A stretch of 64,000 bases of DNA from assembly GCF_001194135.2 (NCBI RefSeq), contig NC_068994.1:43079236-43143235 (forward strand), read 5' to 3'. Below, in pieces: positions 24,150 to 36,535 of the stretch. The DNA is from Octopus bimaculoides. Lineage: Eukaryota. Below the pieces are notes generated by a model. That model was not told the origin of the DNA. It did not search any database and was given only the letters and a program-made list of their open reading frames with translations. How positions within the stretch are numbered: position 1 is the stretch's first letter; every line of letters starts with the position of its first letter. The position numbers were made by a program, and so were the translations under genes.

Positions 24150-24435
24150 GGTCAACAGGATAATTAATAAAGATGACAATAAGTGTAGGAGGCAAAAAAA
24201 ATGACCTTAGCATGGTATGGATTAATCAATGAAAATCATTTGATAGCATGCCTCAGTTTGGGATATTGGAGACATTACAAATAAATGCAGCAGACCCTGA
24301 TATCAATACAGTATATCAACTATTCCACATAAAAATGGGGCAAAAAAACAAACAAGGCAAATAGGTGATAAAATCTAGGCATGTGCTCATAAGAACAGGA
24401 CTCTTTCAGGGGTCTCCTTATTCTTGCTACACATC
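24150..24435 (+). pseudogene. R4/Dong-like reverse transcriptase fragment
   Basis: LSMVWINQ*KSFDSMPQFGILETL ... IRTGLFQGSPYS resembles LSMAWIDY.KAFDSVPH.WILE and I.RGIFQGD.LS (RT motifs). Confidence 0.7.
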
Positions 24436-24499
24436 CATGGGACAAGGTGGTGAAATATGATCTTCGGTTGTTGAGTCACATGGAGGCAATTACAAATGA

Positions 24500-24780
24500 C
24501 CAACACTTCTGGCTATTTGCTGTGCTTGAGAAGATACATGATACTACATGAAATCATGATCATGGCCAGTACTGGTGACACATAAAAGGCACATGTGCCG
24601 CCGTCAGGTAAAAAACACCCACTACACTCTATAAAGTGGTTGGTGTGAGGGTATCCAGCCATAGAAACCAAACCAAAACAGATAACTGGAGCCTGGGGCA
24701 GATCTCTGGTTTACCAACTCCAGTCATACCATTTAACCCATGCCAACATGATGATCATGATCACGATCATGATGAAGCAT
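24500..24780 (+). mobile_element. RTE-type 3' tail element
   Basis: CACCCACTACACTCTATAAAGTGGTTGG...AGGGTATCCAGCCATAGAAAC...AACCCATGCCAACATG followed by (GAT/CAT)n. Confidence 0.7.
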
Positions 24781-25553
24781 GTCCATACGTGGTAGAGATA
24801 TTGAATTTAAAAAGGTAGCCAAAGTTGTTGTTAAAATGATGGTAGATAATCTTGTGGACATCTACTAAGTCAACTGCTAAATGTCAAAACGATAGTATGT
24901 CATTAACTTAAAGAAGCAAGACGTTTGAAATTCAGAAAGTGACTAACAGAGGAAATTCAATGAGATTGCAGATCTCCGGACATTGTCCAGCAGATTGATA
25001 TTCAGGACATGAGATTTTCAGACTGAAAAGGCAAACTGTAAGTCAGAAAATACCATAGCCATATATACAGTTTCAAAAGATGGCCATTGAATGGCTAATA
25101 AATGTGTAGTCTCTCATGTTGAAGACTATACACAGAGTGTCATAAACTCAGAATTGCAAATCAGACATTATGAAACACTCAGTCCTATACAAAACTATTT
25201 TCTTTTTTGTATAGTTTTGTTATTCTTTTGCTTAAAATCCATTTTATAAATTTTATGATTTGATGCTTTCTCAGCTGTTATTATAAAAAAGAATTCAAAT
25301 TATTAATAATTTCATATTTGCATTAATTGTTCATGCATTAATTTTTCTTAGACAAAATGCTTTGCAGTATTTGTTACAGCCCTTCCATTCTGAGCTCAAA
25401 TCCTGCTATGGTTGACTTTCTGTTTTTTGCCTTCAGAGTCAATAAGATAAAGTGCCAGTCAAGGACTAAGGTTACTGCATAAAGATTTTATGTTAGCACC
25501 ACCATCATCATCATCATCAATAAAGCTCATGAGTGCAACATTATAACCACTAT

Positions 25554-25757
25554 GAAGGCAGCAAGCTGGCAAAAAATGTTAGCATGCCAAGCAAAATACT
25601 TTACGTTCTGAGTTCAAATTCCACCAAGGTCAACTTTGCCTTTCATCCTTTCGGGGTCAATAAATTAAGTACCAGTTGCATAATGTGGTTGATCTAATCA
25701 ACCGGGCCCCCTTCCCCCAAAATTTCAAGCCTCATACCTAGAGTAGACAAGATTATA
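25554..25757 (+). mobile_element. SINE with CCTTTCATCC central domain
   Basis: TGAGTTCAAATTCC...CTTTGCCTTTCATCCTTTCGGGGTCAATAAATTAAGTACCAGT. Confidence 0.85.
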
Positions 25758-27414
25758 ACCCCTACGCCATCACCTTCTACCATAGCCTCATGTTGAATAC
25801 AAAATAGAAAAGAATTATCTTGATTTCAAAGTCCATTTAAGTTTGTATTTTTGTCTCGTAAAATTTATGATGTTATTTAAAATATGATTACTGTCCCCTT
25901 GATTAAGTATGCTTAACTTGGGTCATAAAAGTTAATTTTTGCAGCAACTTGGCTTGATATGAAAGGTTTTTTTCTTTTCTTTTACTCATTTACAATTAAT
26001 AATTAATCTTTAATATTGTTAGATCCTCAGAGATTATATATCTCCTCTTTTGATGGATAGAATCTGTAAACAATAACACTGTATACTAAATTTCCTTTTA
26101 CATTAAAGAACTTGAAAGTTTCTATATCTCTAGGGATTTGAACTTTATTGCTCTCCAAACATCTTTTGTAATGTTGAAGTCTTCTAAAATTAAAAAAAAT
26201 AATAATAACTTTTAAAAAGAAAAGAGAAAAAAAGTTATATATGTATTGTTAATAAGCAATTATATATCTTTCAGAAATATCTTTACTGAATAATGTAAAT
26301 ATCTCAAAACTCAATACATTTATATAGAATACAAAAATGCATTGCAAAATATTAATATTCTTAAAAGAGGTTAAATATAAAATTTCTAATTTAGAATACA
26401 TTAAATATTTATTCATAGATGATGTAAAATTACCATTTTAAGTAGATTGGGTATAAATTTTAAAATTCATTTCTGAACCACAAAACTCTGTAAAATAATT
26501 GTCATCATTGTTTTAATGGTATGCAGTATAAAATTTCAGTTTTAATAGGCAATATATTTGTAACTGTGTCAAAATATAAATGGAACACCAGCTCTTTTTC
26601 ATTTTATTATAAATAGCAGAAATATTAATATCAATAGCCTGTGTAGCAACTAGATCTTGGATTGTTCAGATATTTTAAGAGATTTTCCTCTGCACTCTTA
26701 TTGCCTGCCCATTTATTTTGACTGTACATAATCATAACAATGGTTGTGAAAAATGTCAAAAGATGATTTTATACCAGAATCGAAAAATTGCCATGGAACC
26801 CGGAAACTGTCAACTGTATTTTATTCTTATGATGTTACAGAGGTAAAATTGGCAGTCAAACTGAATTGCATGACTGATGAATTATGGCCTGGTATGAAGG
26901 TATTGAATTATTACTCTTTCATACACCTGCCATTATTATTTGCCATTCTCCCATCACATGCAATATTGTATATATATACTTACAGTAGTTAGGTTGCTAG
27001 CTAATACACAAAACACATCCACTGTAGATTCAGACCATTAATTCCAAAGTCTTTTTGCTTTCCTATTTTAATTTGCTCATCTATATTGTCATAAATTTTA
27101 TTAACCTTCATCATTGGAGATTTGAATAAATTATGTAAATATGAAGAAGGGGAAAAAATAAAGAATTTGTTAAGTTATTCATTGTATCTATTCAGCGACA
27201 AGCTACTAGCACTCTCATAACTTTATCCTATTTCTCATAATTTTGTTATTTCTCTCAAGAGAAGTGGTAGGAATATAATGCAGGAGACTGGCAGTAGTCG
27301 TGATTGTGTGGTTAAGAAGTTTGTTTCACAGCTACAATGTTTGCAGGTTCAATTCCAATAAGTGGAAACATGAGCATGTCTGGTACTAATTCTATCAATT
27401 TCTAATGCTGACCC

Positions 27415-27650
27415 ATTAAGGGACAAGGATGTAAACTAACCAACACCAGTTGTCAAGTGGTGGTGAGGGGCAAACACAAACACAAAGACACACACACACA
27501 CAACTGGCTTCCACAATAGTTTCCATCCTACAAATTCACTCACAAAGCATTGGTCAACCCTGGGCTGTAGTAGAAGGCATTTTCCCAAGGTACCACACTG
27601 CGGTTTCAAAGTAAGTGTCTTAATCACACAGCTATGCATGCACAAGTTGA
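27415..27650 (-). mobile_element. CORE-like SINE fragment with internal CA tract
   Basis: GGCTGTAGTAGAAGGCATTTTCCCAAGGTACCACA and GTTGTCAAGTGGTGGTGAGGGGCAAACAC are reverse complements of the family consensus seen elsewhere in the window. Confidence 0.75.
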
Positions 27651-27699
27651 CTAAAATCATTATAAATATTTCTTGAGGCATGGAAAATGTGTAGAAGTT

Positions 27700-27940
27700 C
27701 ATCAGGGGATTGTTTACATTCTCCCTGCTTCAGATGCTATTTCATTCTTTTGTTTCATGGGGCTGAGGACATCCAAGGTTAGTGGTTCCAGAGGCATCAA
27801 TGTGTATAGAGTCAACCAGGTCTACCGGTGCTCTCCATCACTAGTGATCATGTACCAGCACATCTGCATCCTCAAAGATGATGTTGAGCCTCTGGAGATC
27901 TTTCTTAATCACATTCAGACATCTGGTGTGGGGCCTACCA
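27700..27940 (-). pseudogene. Degenerate RTE LINE 3' end
   Basis: Minus strand GGTAGGCCCACACCAGATGTC...GATTAAGAAAGATCTCCAGAGGCTCAAC resembles the GRP..TW...I..DL terminus of RTE ORFs. Confidence 0.45.
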
Positions 27941-28004
27941 CAGATATGTATGTATGTATGTATGCATGTATGTATGTACATATATATATGTATAGATATA
28001 TATA

Positions 28005-28360
28005 TTAGCAAAGGCGGAGGTATTGTTTTCAGTTGTATTTATTTGTTTGTTTGTCCTTGGACAAGATATCTCAAGAACTGCTGGATAGATTCAGGTAAAA
28101 CTTTCAGAGATGTTTGGTGTCATCACTGGCATGAACTGATTAGATTTTGGGATCAATCCAGTACTGGATACTGGATTATTTTTCTGTTTTTTTTTTTACT
28201 TAATTTCTGAAAGCAGTCGGATTCATTTTTAGTATTTTCATTTGTAAGAGCAGTCGAGTTTATTTCAGATATTATCATTTTAAAAATCATCTCAGGCTAA
28301 TAGTTGAGAGGACATTGGTGTTGCCTTGGCAGAGGTTTGTGCTCTCTGAGTGCTCTTGTT
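28005..28360 (+). mobile_element. Helentron/DINE-like non-autonomous element (HINE-type)
   Basis: AAGGCGGAGGTATTGTTTTC start, internal (TTTG)n, 3' CCTTGGCAGAGGT then GTGCTCTCTGAGTGC stem-loop. Architecture recalled from HINE/DINE-1 elements. Confidence 0.6.
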
Positions 28361-28361
28361 A

Positions 28362-28426
<65 letters not shown>

Positions 28427-28914
28427 GAGTGAGAACAGTCCATGCCTTCAAAGTGACACTGGAGTACAAATATACAAATCCTAATATACTCAGCATGACT
28501 ACCCATCTGATAAGAGTACACTACACCCATGCATCACAAACATATGTGCATGACATGGTGATTTCATATCAAAATAAACAACACATGACCTTGCAGGTAG
28601 GGCCCAGTTAGAATTTTCTTCAGCTCTAGTAGCCCATCCCGCTCAAAAGGTCTCTGAATACAGTTTGTTTAAAGATGATGAATGGAACACACATGTTTCG
28701 ACAGGTGAATTACTCAAACCCCCCAAAATTCCTTTCAACACATGGTTATTATGCTCAACCCCTACTTCTGCTCATGAACAGAGATGCACATATCATCAAC
28801 CACTAAGGGACATGCTCAACTGGTTAAGGTCAAACAACTGTCAAATAAATCTGTAGTAGTGAGCAGAATATTTGTTGTAGCCCGTCTTTTATACCACAAA
28901 TATTGAGTGAGAGC
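28427..28914 (-). mobile_element. 5'-truncated retroelement 3' portion embedded in (TAA)n (Dong/R4-like behaviour)
   Basis: ~490 bp non-coding block between (ATT)n runs at 28361-28426 and 28915-29010; TATTGAGTGAGA present at both junctions. Confidence 0.6.
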
Positions 28915-28964
28915 TATTATTATTATTATCATCATCTCTATTATTATTATTATTATTATTATTA

Positions 28965-29013
<49 letters not shown>

Positions 29014-30515
29014 TAGTATTAAGCTTTCAATAATCATATATAAATAGATCCCATATCATCAGGTACACCTACAAGTTTTTGTGGTGTGCTAAGCATTGTC
29101 TTTTAGAAGAATAAGATTGTGTATGATACATGTGTTACTTAGTTCTGTACAAAATTGTATTTCTATTCTATGATTCTGTCAGCAAGCTTATGTTCTATTA
29201 AGGAGATTTAATCAGCCTGAAACATAGTCAAAGTTGTCTTCCTTACTTGCTGAGCTTATTAAAATAACATAGCCATTGATTTGATATTGCCTTTTCCTTA
29301 AATACATAATTTTTTTTCTTCTTTTTCTAATTAGAATTTTAGATGTTCGTTACATTGAATACATTAACAATAATTTAACTTTCCAATAAAGTAGCTGATA
29401 AGAACAGAAATTTTGACAGCAAAGAGATAAGGATCAGTCTCAGTCTATTCTGTGTAATTACATATGGAAATATACAGAATAGAATATATAGAAATATGCA
29501 GAATAATTACATTACATAGTGAAATATTTAGTAACATTTAGCAAATATGTCACCATTTTGCACCAGGAATATAATAAGTATACACAATGTAGAAGCTGGA
29601 AATACAGTGTTAAATGTAATATGAATGATAATCGTTTTACTTTTTTCTTTTCCTTTTTTTGTTTTCATTGTTTCTTTTTTCTGTTTTGTTTTTGTTTTTG
29701 AAACAAAACTAAACACACTAACAGTAATAAACAGTATAAGAACTAATGGTCTATATCGATTCATTAGATGGAAGAGAAGCAGACTATTAGGAAGTGCCAA
29801 AGGAGTTAATAAAATAAAGCTTTACTTCAAACATAAATTTTTGTCCTTTTATCTTCTACATAATTAACTATTTCTGTCCATTACAATAAAACTTACACTT
29901 CACCTATATCACTGTATCGAATATCAAAGAGAAGTTGTTGAATTTTTATTTATTTATTTATACATTTATATTTATTTGTTTGTTGTTTACCTTGTAGTTT
30001 ATGGATTGCAAAGAAAAAACACAAATCAATCCAATGAAAGAATTATTTTTGTTTTGTTTTGTTTTGTTTTTTTATTTGTTTTTTTAAAATTATTTTTCAA
30101 TCCATTAAAAATAAAAACATATTCAGCTTCAAAATTAATAGAAACCAGGAATTAAATAACACATATTTCATTTAATTTTTGGCGATGCTATAAACAAGAT
30201 ATAGCATAAAAAGAAATATAGTTTAAGAGATGTATACAATAAACAGTGAAGAGATTCAGTAATTCGGAGATTCATTATACCCCAACACAGGATATTCTGC
30301 TTATTGCTTCTTTATCTGAAGTGTTGAACTAAACTTGAATAAAATGCTTGATCAGGAAATTATCAGGAGATATAAATACAGAGTTTGTTTGTAAGGTTTC
30401 TTTTGTGGCAAATAACAGACCTATGACATCAAAGGTCTATTTGAAAGATGGAATAGAGGAATAGTGTTCATCAAAGTTAAAGCAATGAATGTATAGAGTG
30501 CTTATTGTGACTCAC

Positions 30516-30667
30516 TTGACAACTGAACGGAAATACCATTTCTTCTTTCTTTGATATCTTAATTACAAAAATCCGTAATGGCAGGAAGTCTTTTGTATTT
30601 GAATAGCAAGAATTACAACTGTATTTTTGGTAGCCTTTTTTAGCTGCAACTAAATTATCTGCATCAC
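30516..30667 (-). CDS. Candidate exon (DADNLVAAKKGYQKYSCNSCYSNTKDFLPLRIFVIKISKKEEMVFPFSCQ), or a 5'UTR exon with ATG of MVFPFSCQ
   Basis: Donor CAA|gtgagt, acceptor ctttcctaaag|, one open frame of ~50 codons. No recognisable homology. Confidence 0.2.
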
Positions 30668-31761
30668 TTTAGGAAAGTGAGCAGCAGTTCTCTTGATATC
30701 TTTCTTCTTTTCAAGTGTCTTTTAGCTGTCTTTCTGTTTCTCTTTTAAGAGGAATATTACAAAGAGATTGTCTGCTGTGATGGCAATATATATTGAGAGC
30801 AATCGCTGTGTCTGATGTCTTTGGTAGTTACCGGCACTGACCAACTATGATGCCAGAAATATGACACAAGAAGACAGAGAAAATGTTTGATTATAAAGAT
30901 ATGAAATATACTCCCAAAGAATTTACTTCAACATGATATATTGTTACATATATTTGTGTTTATGTGTAAGATAGAGTGAAACAGTAAGAAAAAGAGAGGA
31001 AGAAATAGAGACAGAGAGAGAGAGAGAGAGAAAGAAAGAAAGAAAGAAAGAAAATAGTAGTGGGTATACATATTTAAAGATCTATCTCTCAACTTATCTC
31101 TGTATGTGTACATACACATCTAGTTTTCTCTCTAACTTCATTATATTTACACAAGTGTTGGTGCATATATTTTATGTGTATGAGTATGTATAATTTATTG
31201 TGCAGGTAAGAAAGTACAGATATATATGTATGTGCATGTGCAGACATGTGTATGAGAGTGAATGTATGTGTATGTATGTATGTATGTATTTATGCTACTA
31301 TCTGTGAGTAATTATGTGTACAGTTATTTGCTAGAATGTGTATGTATGAAAGTGTAATAAATTTATACATGTAAAGAAAGTCATGCACAAGATACAAGGT
31401 GAATGCAATGAATGTGAAATATGGAGTAGAATGTAATAAAGCTGATCTTTCTGTGTTGAAAGCTGTCCTGTGATGTATGATAGAGGAGGAGCCAGTCATT
31501 AGTTCAACATAAGGAAAATAACTGGAAGGTATTGACAGGAGTGGCTGGACACAGATGCTAAGGTTATCAAATTGGCCAGATTATTGATTTGGCTGCAGTT
31601 CAACTAATACAACAGTTTAAACAAGTATTTCAACTCTAGTGCTACAACTGAAAAATCTATATGTACAATAACAAAATTTTTGAATCCTTCCGCCAAAATT
31701 CCTTAAAGAAGAATTTGAAGGAGTTATCATCATTAACACAATCCTATCACCCAAAACTTAC

Positions 31762-31845
31762 CCCTGCCACAATCTCAGTAATAAAATTCATTCATAAAAT
31801 CTGGAAGTAAAATATATTAATTCTCTTTACTCAGAATTTCTTTAC
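31762..31845 (-). other. Candidate non-coding exon
   Basis: Acceptor ttgtttttgccttgtttggcag| and donor GGG|gtaagt; stops in all frames. Confidence 0.2.
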
Positions 31846-32267
31846 CTGCCAAACAAGGCAAAAACAAGGTTGTCTTTGTTTTTCAGTAGTTATTTTATTA
31901 TTATTAATGTATTTTTTTAATGATGAAGAAGTGAGTGCAAGTGAGAGGTGCAAACTGGTTATTGAGAAAAAAGTTCTTTTCCCTTAATTTCATTTACCAG
32001 AATGCTAAAAGCACATGTAGCTTATTGAAGTATTAGGTTATGGTATTAAGTTGTACTGTCTTAATCCCATATCTTAACCACCTGACAGTGAACAGGTCAT
32101 AGCACTATGTAGAAAGGATCTGATATTGACTACAACATAAGTGATTTAGAAAGAGCTGAGTTATTTATTAACTGAAACTATCAGTGCATATGCTTAGTTT
32201 TGACAAACATGACTCTTCCAAAATGCATCAACTGTTTTAGCATATAATTTCAGATCAAACTGCATTG

Positions 32268-32311
<44 letters not shown>

Positions 32312-32321
32312 NNNNNNNNNN

Positions 32322-32344
<23 letters not shown>

Positions 32345-32357
<13 letters not shown>

Positions 32358-32790
32358 TTATATATCATCATTATAATCAATTTAATGTCCACTTTTCCAT
32401 GCTTGCAGGGGTCAGGTGGAACTTAGTCAATCAGGTTTTCTATGGTTGCATGCCCTTTTCATCACCAGCCCATACCTGTTTTCAAACAAAGTAATATTTC
32501 CCCATGGCCTGACATGAATCTGCAGAATATTAAAAATAAATGACGTTCATTTACAACATTCACACAATGTCAGGACAAGGTGACACAGACAGACACATAT
32601 TTACACTCACACATATACATATATATAATGAACTTCTTTCAGTTTCCCCTCTACCAAATCCACCCACAAGTCTTTGGTCAGCCTGGGCTACAGCAAAAAA
32701 CTCTTCCCCAAGGTGCCATGCAATAGGACTGAACCCAAATCCATGTGTTTGGAAATCAAACTTTTTAACCATCACACAGCCACACTTGTA
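32345..32790 (-). mobile_element. Two adjacent fragments: RTE-tail element (32345-32530) and CORE-like SINE head (32625-32790)
   Basis: AATGTCCACTTTTCCATGCTTGC tail; CCCAAGGTGCCATGCAATAGGACTGAACCC head. Confidence 0.7.
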
Positions 32791-32805
32791 CCTATGTGTG
32801 TGCAT

Positions 32806-32836
<31 letters not shown>

Positions 32837-33831
32837 CATGTGTGCAGACATACGTATATACATACATGCATGCATGTATGTATGTATATATGTATGTTTG
32901 TGTGTATGTATATACATTGCATGTATGTATATACGTTGCATGTATGTATGTATGTTGTATGTATGTGTGTATAATATATATGTTGGTAGACATTGAGATG
33001 AATAATAAAATCATGAATCAAATAAAAAAAAAACATATATACATGTAGATGATCATAATAACATTGATGATGATGACCGTGATGATGATGATCATGATAT
33101 AGAGAGAGAAAGATATGAAAGGAGAGTCAGAGAAAAGAAGAGAAGCAGAAAGAAACAGAGTAAAGGAAAATATACTTCTGCGAATATATTATTGTCTGTT
33201 AAACAATGAGAACAGATAAGTCGGTAAGATAAACATACTGGATGGTTAATATTGGTTTCTTACATAGCAGACAAAACACCCATATTTGGGAGAAGGCAAC
33301 AATGAATCAGTTTTGTTGTTTTCAGTATTTTATTGGTACTTGTTTTATATATCCCTGAAAGGGGAATGGTGAAGTGAACGTGGGTAGGATATCACTGCAG
33401 AATATAGAGTCCTCAACAAAATACCATAAGAAATTTTGTCTGGTGCTTACAATTTCTTCCAATGTACTTTACTTTTATCTGATTTCTTACAGAATCTTGC
33501 TTAAAATTTATGAATGCTGTATTGATTTCTAATAGACACAAGTCTACAAATTTTTATGGGGAGGAATGTAGTGGATTAAATCAACTTCAGGGCATGATTA
33601 GTATTTTGTTTTATTGATTCCCCCAGAAAAATGGAAAGCAAAGTTGACCCTGACAAGATTTGAACTCAATACATAACAGATTGTAACTAAATCTGCCACT
33701 CTTGAAATCCTGCCAAGCTAATATTGATTTCTAATGTAGGAGTAAAGTTTTTAAACTCAGACAATGGATGCAGTCAATTATGTCAACGCCTTTTTCAAGT
33801 CTGGTACTTTAATTCATCAACTTTAGAAGAA

Positions 33832-34050
33832 TTAACCCTTTAGCATTCAGATTACTCAATAAAATGTAAGGCTTATTTATTCACATTGTTTTTGAACTAA
33901 TCAGGCATTATCTCATAATTTCAAAAGTTTGATGAAGTTATTGTTTATTTTAAGAATGTCATTGTAGGTTAGATGTAAGAGGCCTGGTCTGGATAATTCA
34001 AACATAAAACAGACGGAATGTTTGAGCCTTATTTGGTCAGTTTAAAAGTT
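33832..34050. mobile_element. Second TTAA-ended MITE copy
   Basis: TTAACCCTTTAGCATTCAGATTACTC...AATCAGGCATTA...GTCATTGTAGG aligns by eye with 19688-19921; right end decayed. Confidence 0.7.
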
Positions 34051-34435
34051 ATCTCCTTTGCTTCTATCATCTAGATTGTAAACTCAACTATTAATTGCAT
34101 AATCTCAATCAATCAAATTTTTTCAACTCACTCTATTAAATACATGCTACCAAACATGCATTTAGCATTCAAAACGCTCTCTTGAGGTACATTCAGTCAA
34201 CCATATTGTTAATATTAAAGGTGCTCCAGCATGGACCATTCCATGATTAGTTGTTCTTTTGGGACTTGAAAGTTGATACATCTCTCAAAGCTGCTGACCA
34301 TTTCCCAAAGAATTACAAACCTAGTCTCCTTGTTGAAGGAGAACATTTTCAGCGTTTAGCTTGAGTATAGAAAATTTTGATGGCTTTAATCATCTTCATC
34401 ATCATCATCATCATCATCATCAAAATTTCCTTATA

Positions 34436-34832
34436 TAGACACAAGCATAGCTGTGTGGTTAAAAAGCTTGCTTTGTAATCTCTTGCTCTCCAATTTGATC
34501 CCACTGCTTGGAACCTTGGGCAAATGTCTTCTACTATATATAGTTCAGGGCCATCTGATGCCTTGTCAGTAAATTTTGTAGACAAAGGCTGTGGAAGCAT
34601 GTTATATATATGTATGTGGGTGTGTGTCTTTGTCAGTATTTGTGTACCTTCCCAGCTAGTGTTGGTTTGTTTACATCACTGTAACTTAGTGGTTTGGTAT
34701 AAGAAACCAATTGGATAAATACCAGACTTCAAAAATAATAAATACTGGAGTTGATCTGTTTGAATAAAACCCTTCAAGGCAGTACTCCAGCATGGCCACA
34801 ATCTAATGACTGCACCAATTAAAACATAAAAG
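34436..34832 (+). mobile_element. Full-length CORE-like SINE with internal TG tract
   Basis: tRNA head, ACCTTGGGCAAATGTCTTCTACTAT core, TG tract, CTCCAGCATGGCCACAATCTAATGACTG tail. Confidence 0.85.
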
Positions 34833-35334
34833 AAGACTTGCAAAATGTCTCTCACTTTGATTTTTTTTTGTTTTTTGTTATATATTTGTTATTGTATAAC
34901 AATTTATGTGCAATAATTGTACAATAACTGCATCTCTATAATATCAATGGTTTAGAAGTAATAATATACATTATTCAGATCGCATACAAAATATTACAAA
35001 ATTATTGATTATGATATTATGTAATATTTCAGTATGATGTCATACAGACCCACAGATTTATAAAGGAAGTACACAATATTGGTTTCTGGAGCCCCAAGTG
35101 TACAAGAGATAATTCTTTTCATAAATAAGACATTTGATTATCACTGATAATTTTACCAGAATATTATTTCAGGTCAACATTAATAAAATTTATTATATAA
35201 GGCAATATTTCTGTTTGTTTAGAATAAGTGAACATTGACAATTTGGGTAAAGCCCTTCTTCAAAGAACAGAAAATTATCACTACAAACCATGGAAAACTC
35301 ATCAATTATACAGTACCTCTGTAGTTACTGGGTA

Positions 35335-35470
35335 AATTGCATAGTGGTCAATGGTGTTACTCTCGCAATCATGCGATTGTGTTTTCGATTTCTAGACTGG
35401 CTATGCATTGTATTATTTCATGTTGTTCCAGTCCACCCAGCTGTAAATCGGTATACAGGGGTGTAAGATG
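35335..35470 (+). mobile_element. Older tRNA-headed SINE of a different family
   Basis: TGCATAGTGGTCAATGGTG...TTCGATTTCT head then GTCCACCCAGCTGTAAATCGGTA. Confidence 0.45.
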
Positions 35471-36192
35471 GTGACTCGGGAAAATCACCTGAATGGAGGC
35501 CTCATGAGCCACGTTTTGTATTCAGTGACCAAAAGAATGATAGTACAACCTCTACTGTGAATCCCAACTGGTTGGGATTGGTTGTTCAATCATGTAGAAG
35601 GTTGATTGATTGACTGAATGTAGGAAGGTGAACTAACAACGAAATGGGTCCATGAACAAATTAATGTTAAAGACATGTTCAAATTTCTAAAATCAATGAA
35701 ACACGTCCAGAGGATATGGAACAATAGGTGGACAAAACAAAAAGCAAAAACTAATAGCCTGGATTATGAATGAGAGAGAAACAAGAAAAGGAACAGTGGA
35801 TAACACTGAACAGATAGAAGGATTATTTAGATAAATTTCACAAAAAATTTAAGAAAAGGAATTCAAAATCAAAAATTAACGAAATATAACCAAGGCCTTG
35901 GAGAAGTGATAACTGATGTGATTGACTGAATTTAAGCAGTTTAGAGATTCTGAGAGAAACACAAGACACTTGTTGTGGATAGGATGTGAAATGATGATCT
36001 GACAAACAGACTGACAACCTGTCAATCTGGGCTGCCATAGTTCATATTGTGTAGCAGGGAATATAGACGTCAAAAAAGAGAATAAATTACATTGTACTAT
36101 GTCGCATGGAGAGGAAAATAATTCAAGCAATAACGATTGTTTACAGAGAAGATAATAATTCATGTGCAATGTAGACAGAGTAAAGCATTTAG

Positions 36193-36535
36193 GTACTGTA
36201 TGGTAAGAAGCATGCTTCTCAGCCACATGATTCTTGGTATGGTCTCATGGCATGGCACCTTGGGTAAGTGGCTGCTACTAGAGTCCCAGGCTGACCAAAG
36301 CCTTATGAGTGGAAACTGAAAGAAGCTCATGGTATATATATCTTTATGCTTGACCATAAAGATATCTATATGGCTCCTTTATATCATATAGTTTAGCAGC
36401 TCAGCAAGGAGACTGATAATGTAAGCACCAGACTTTTTAAAAAAGGATTACGATCAATTTTTTCAGCTAAATCCCTTCAAGGTGTTACCTCAGCATGGCT
36501 GCAATCCAATGATTGAAACAAGTAAAAGATGAAAG
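36193..36535 (+). mobile_element. Full-length CORE-like SINE
   Basis: GTATGGTAAGAAGCATGCTTCTCAGCC head, GGCACCTTGGGTAAGTG core, CAGCATGGCTGCAATCCAATGATTGAAACAAGTAAAAGA tail. Confidence 0.8.
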
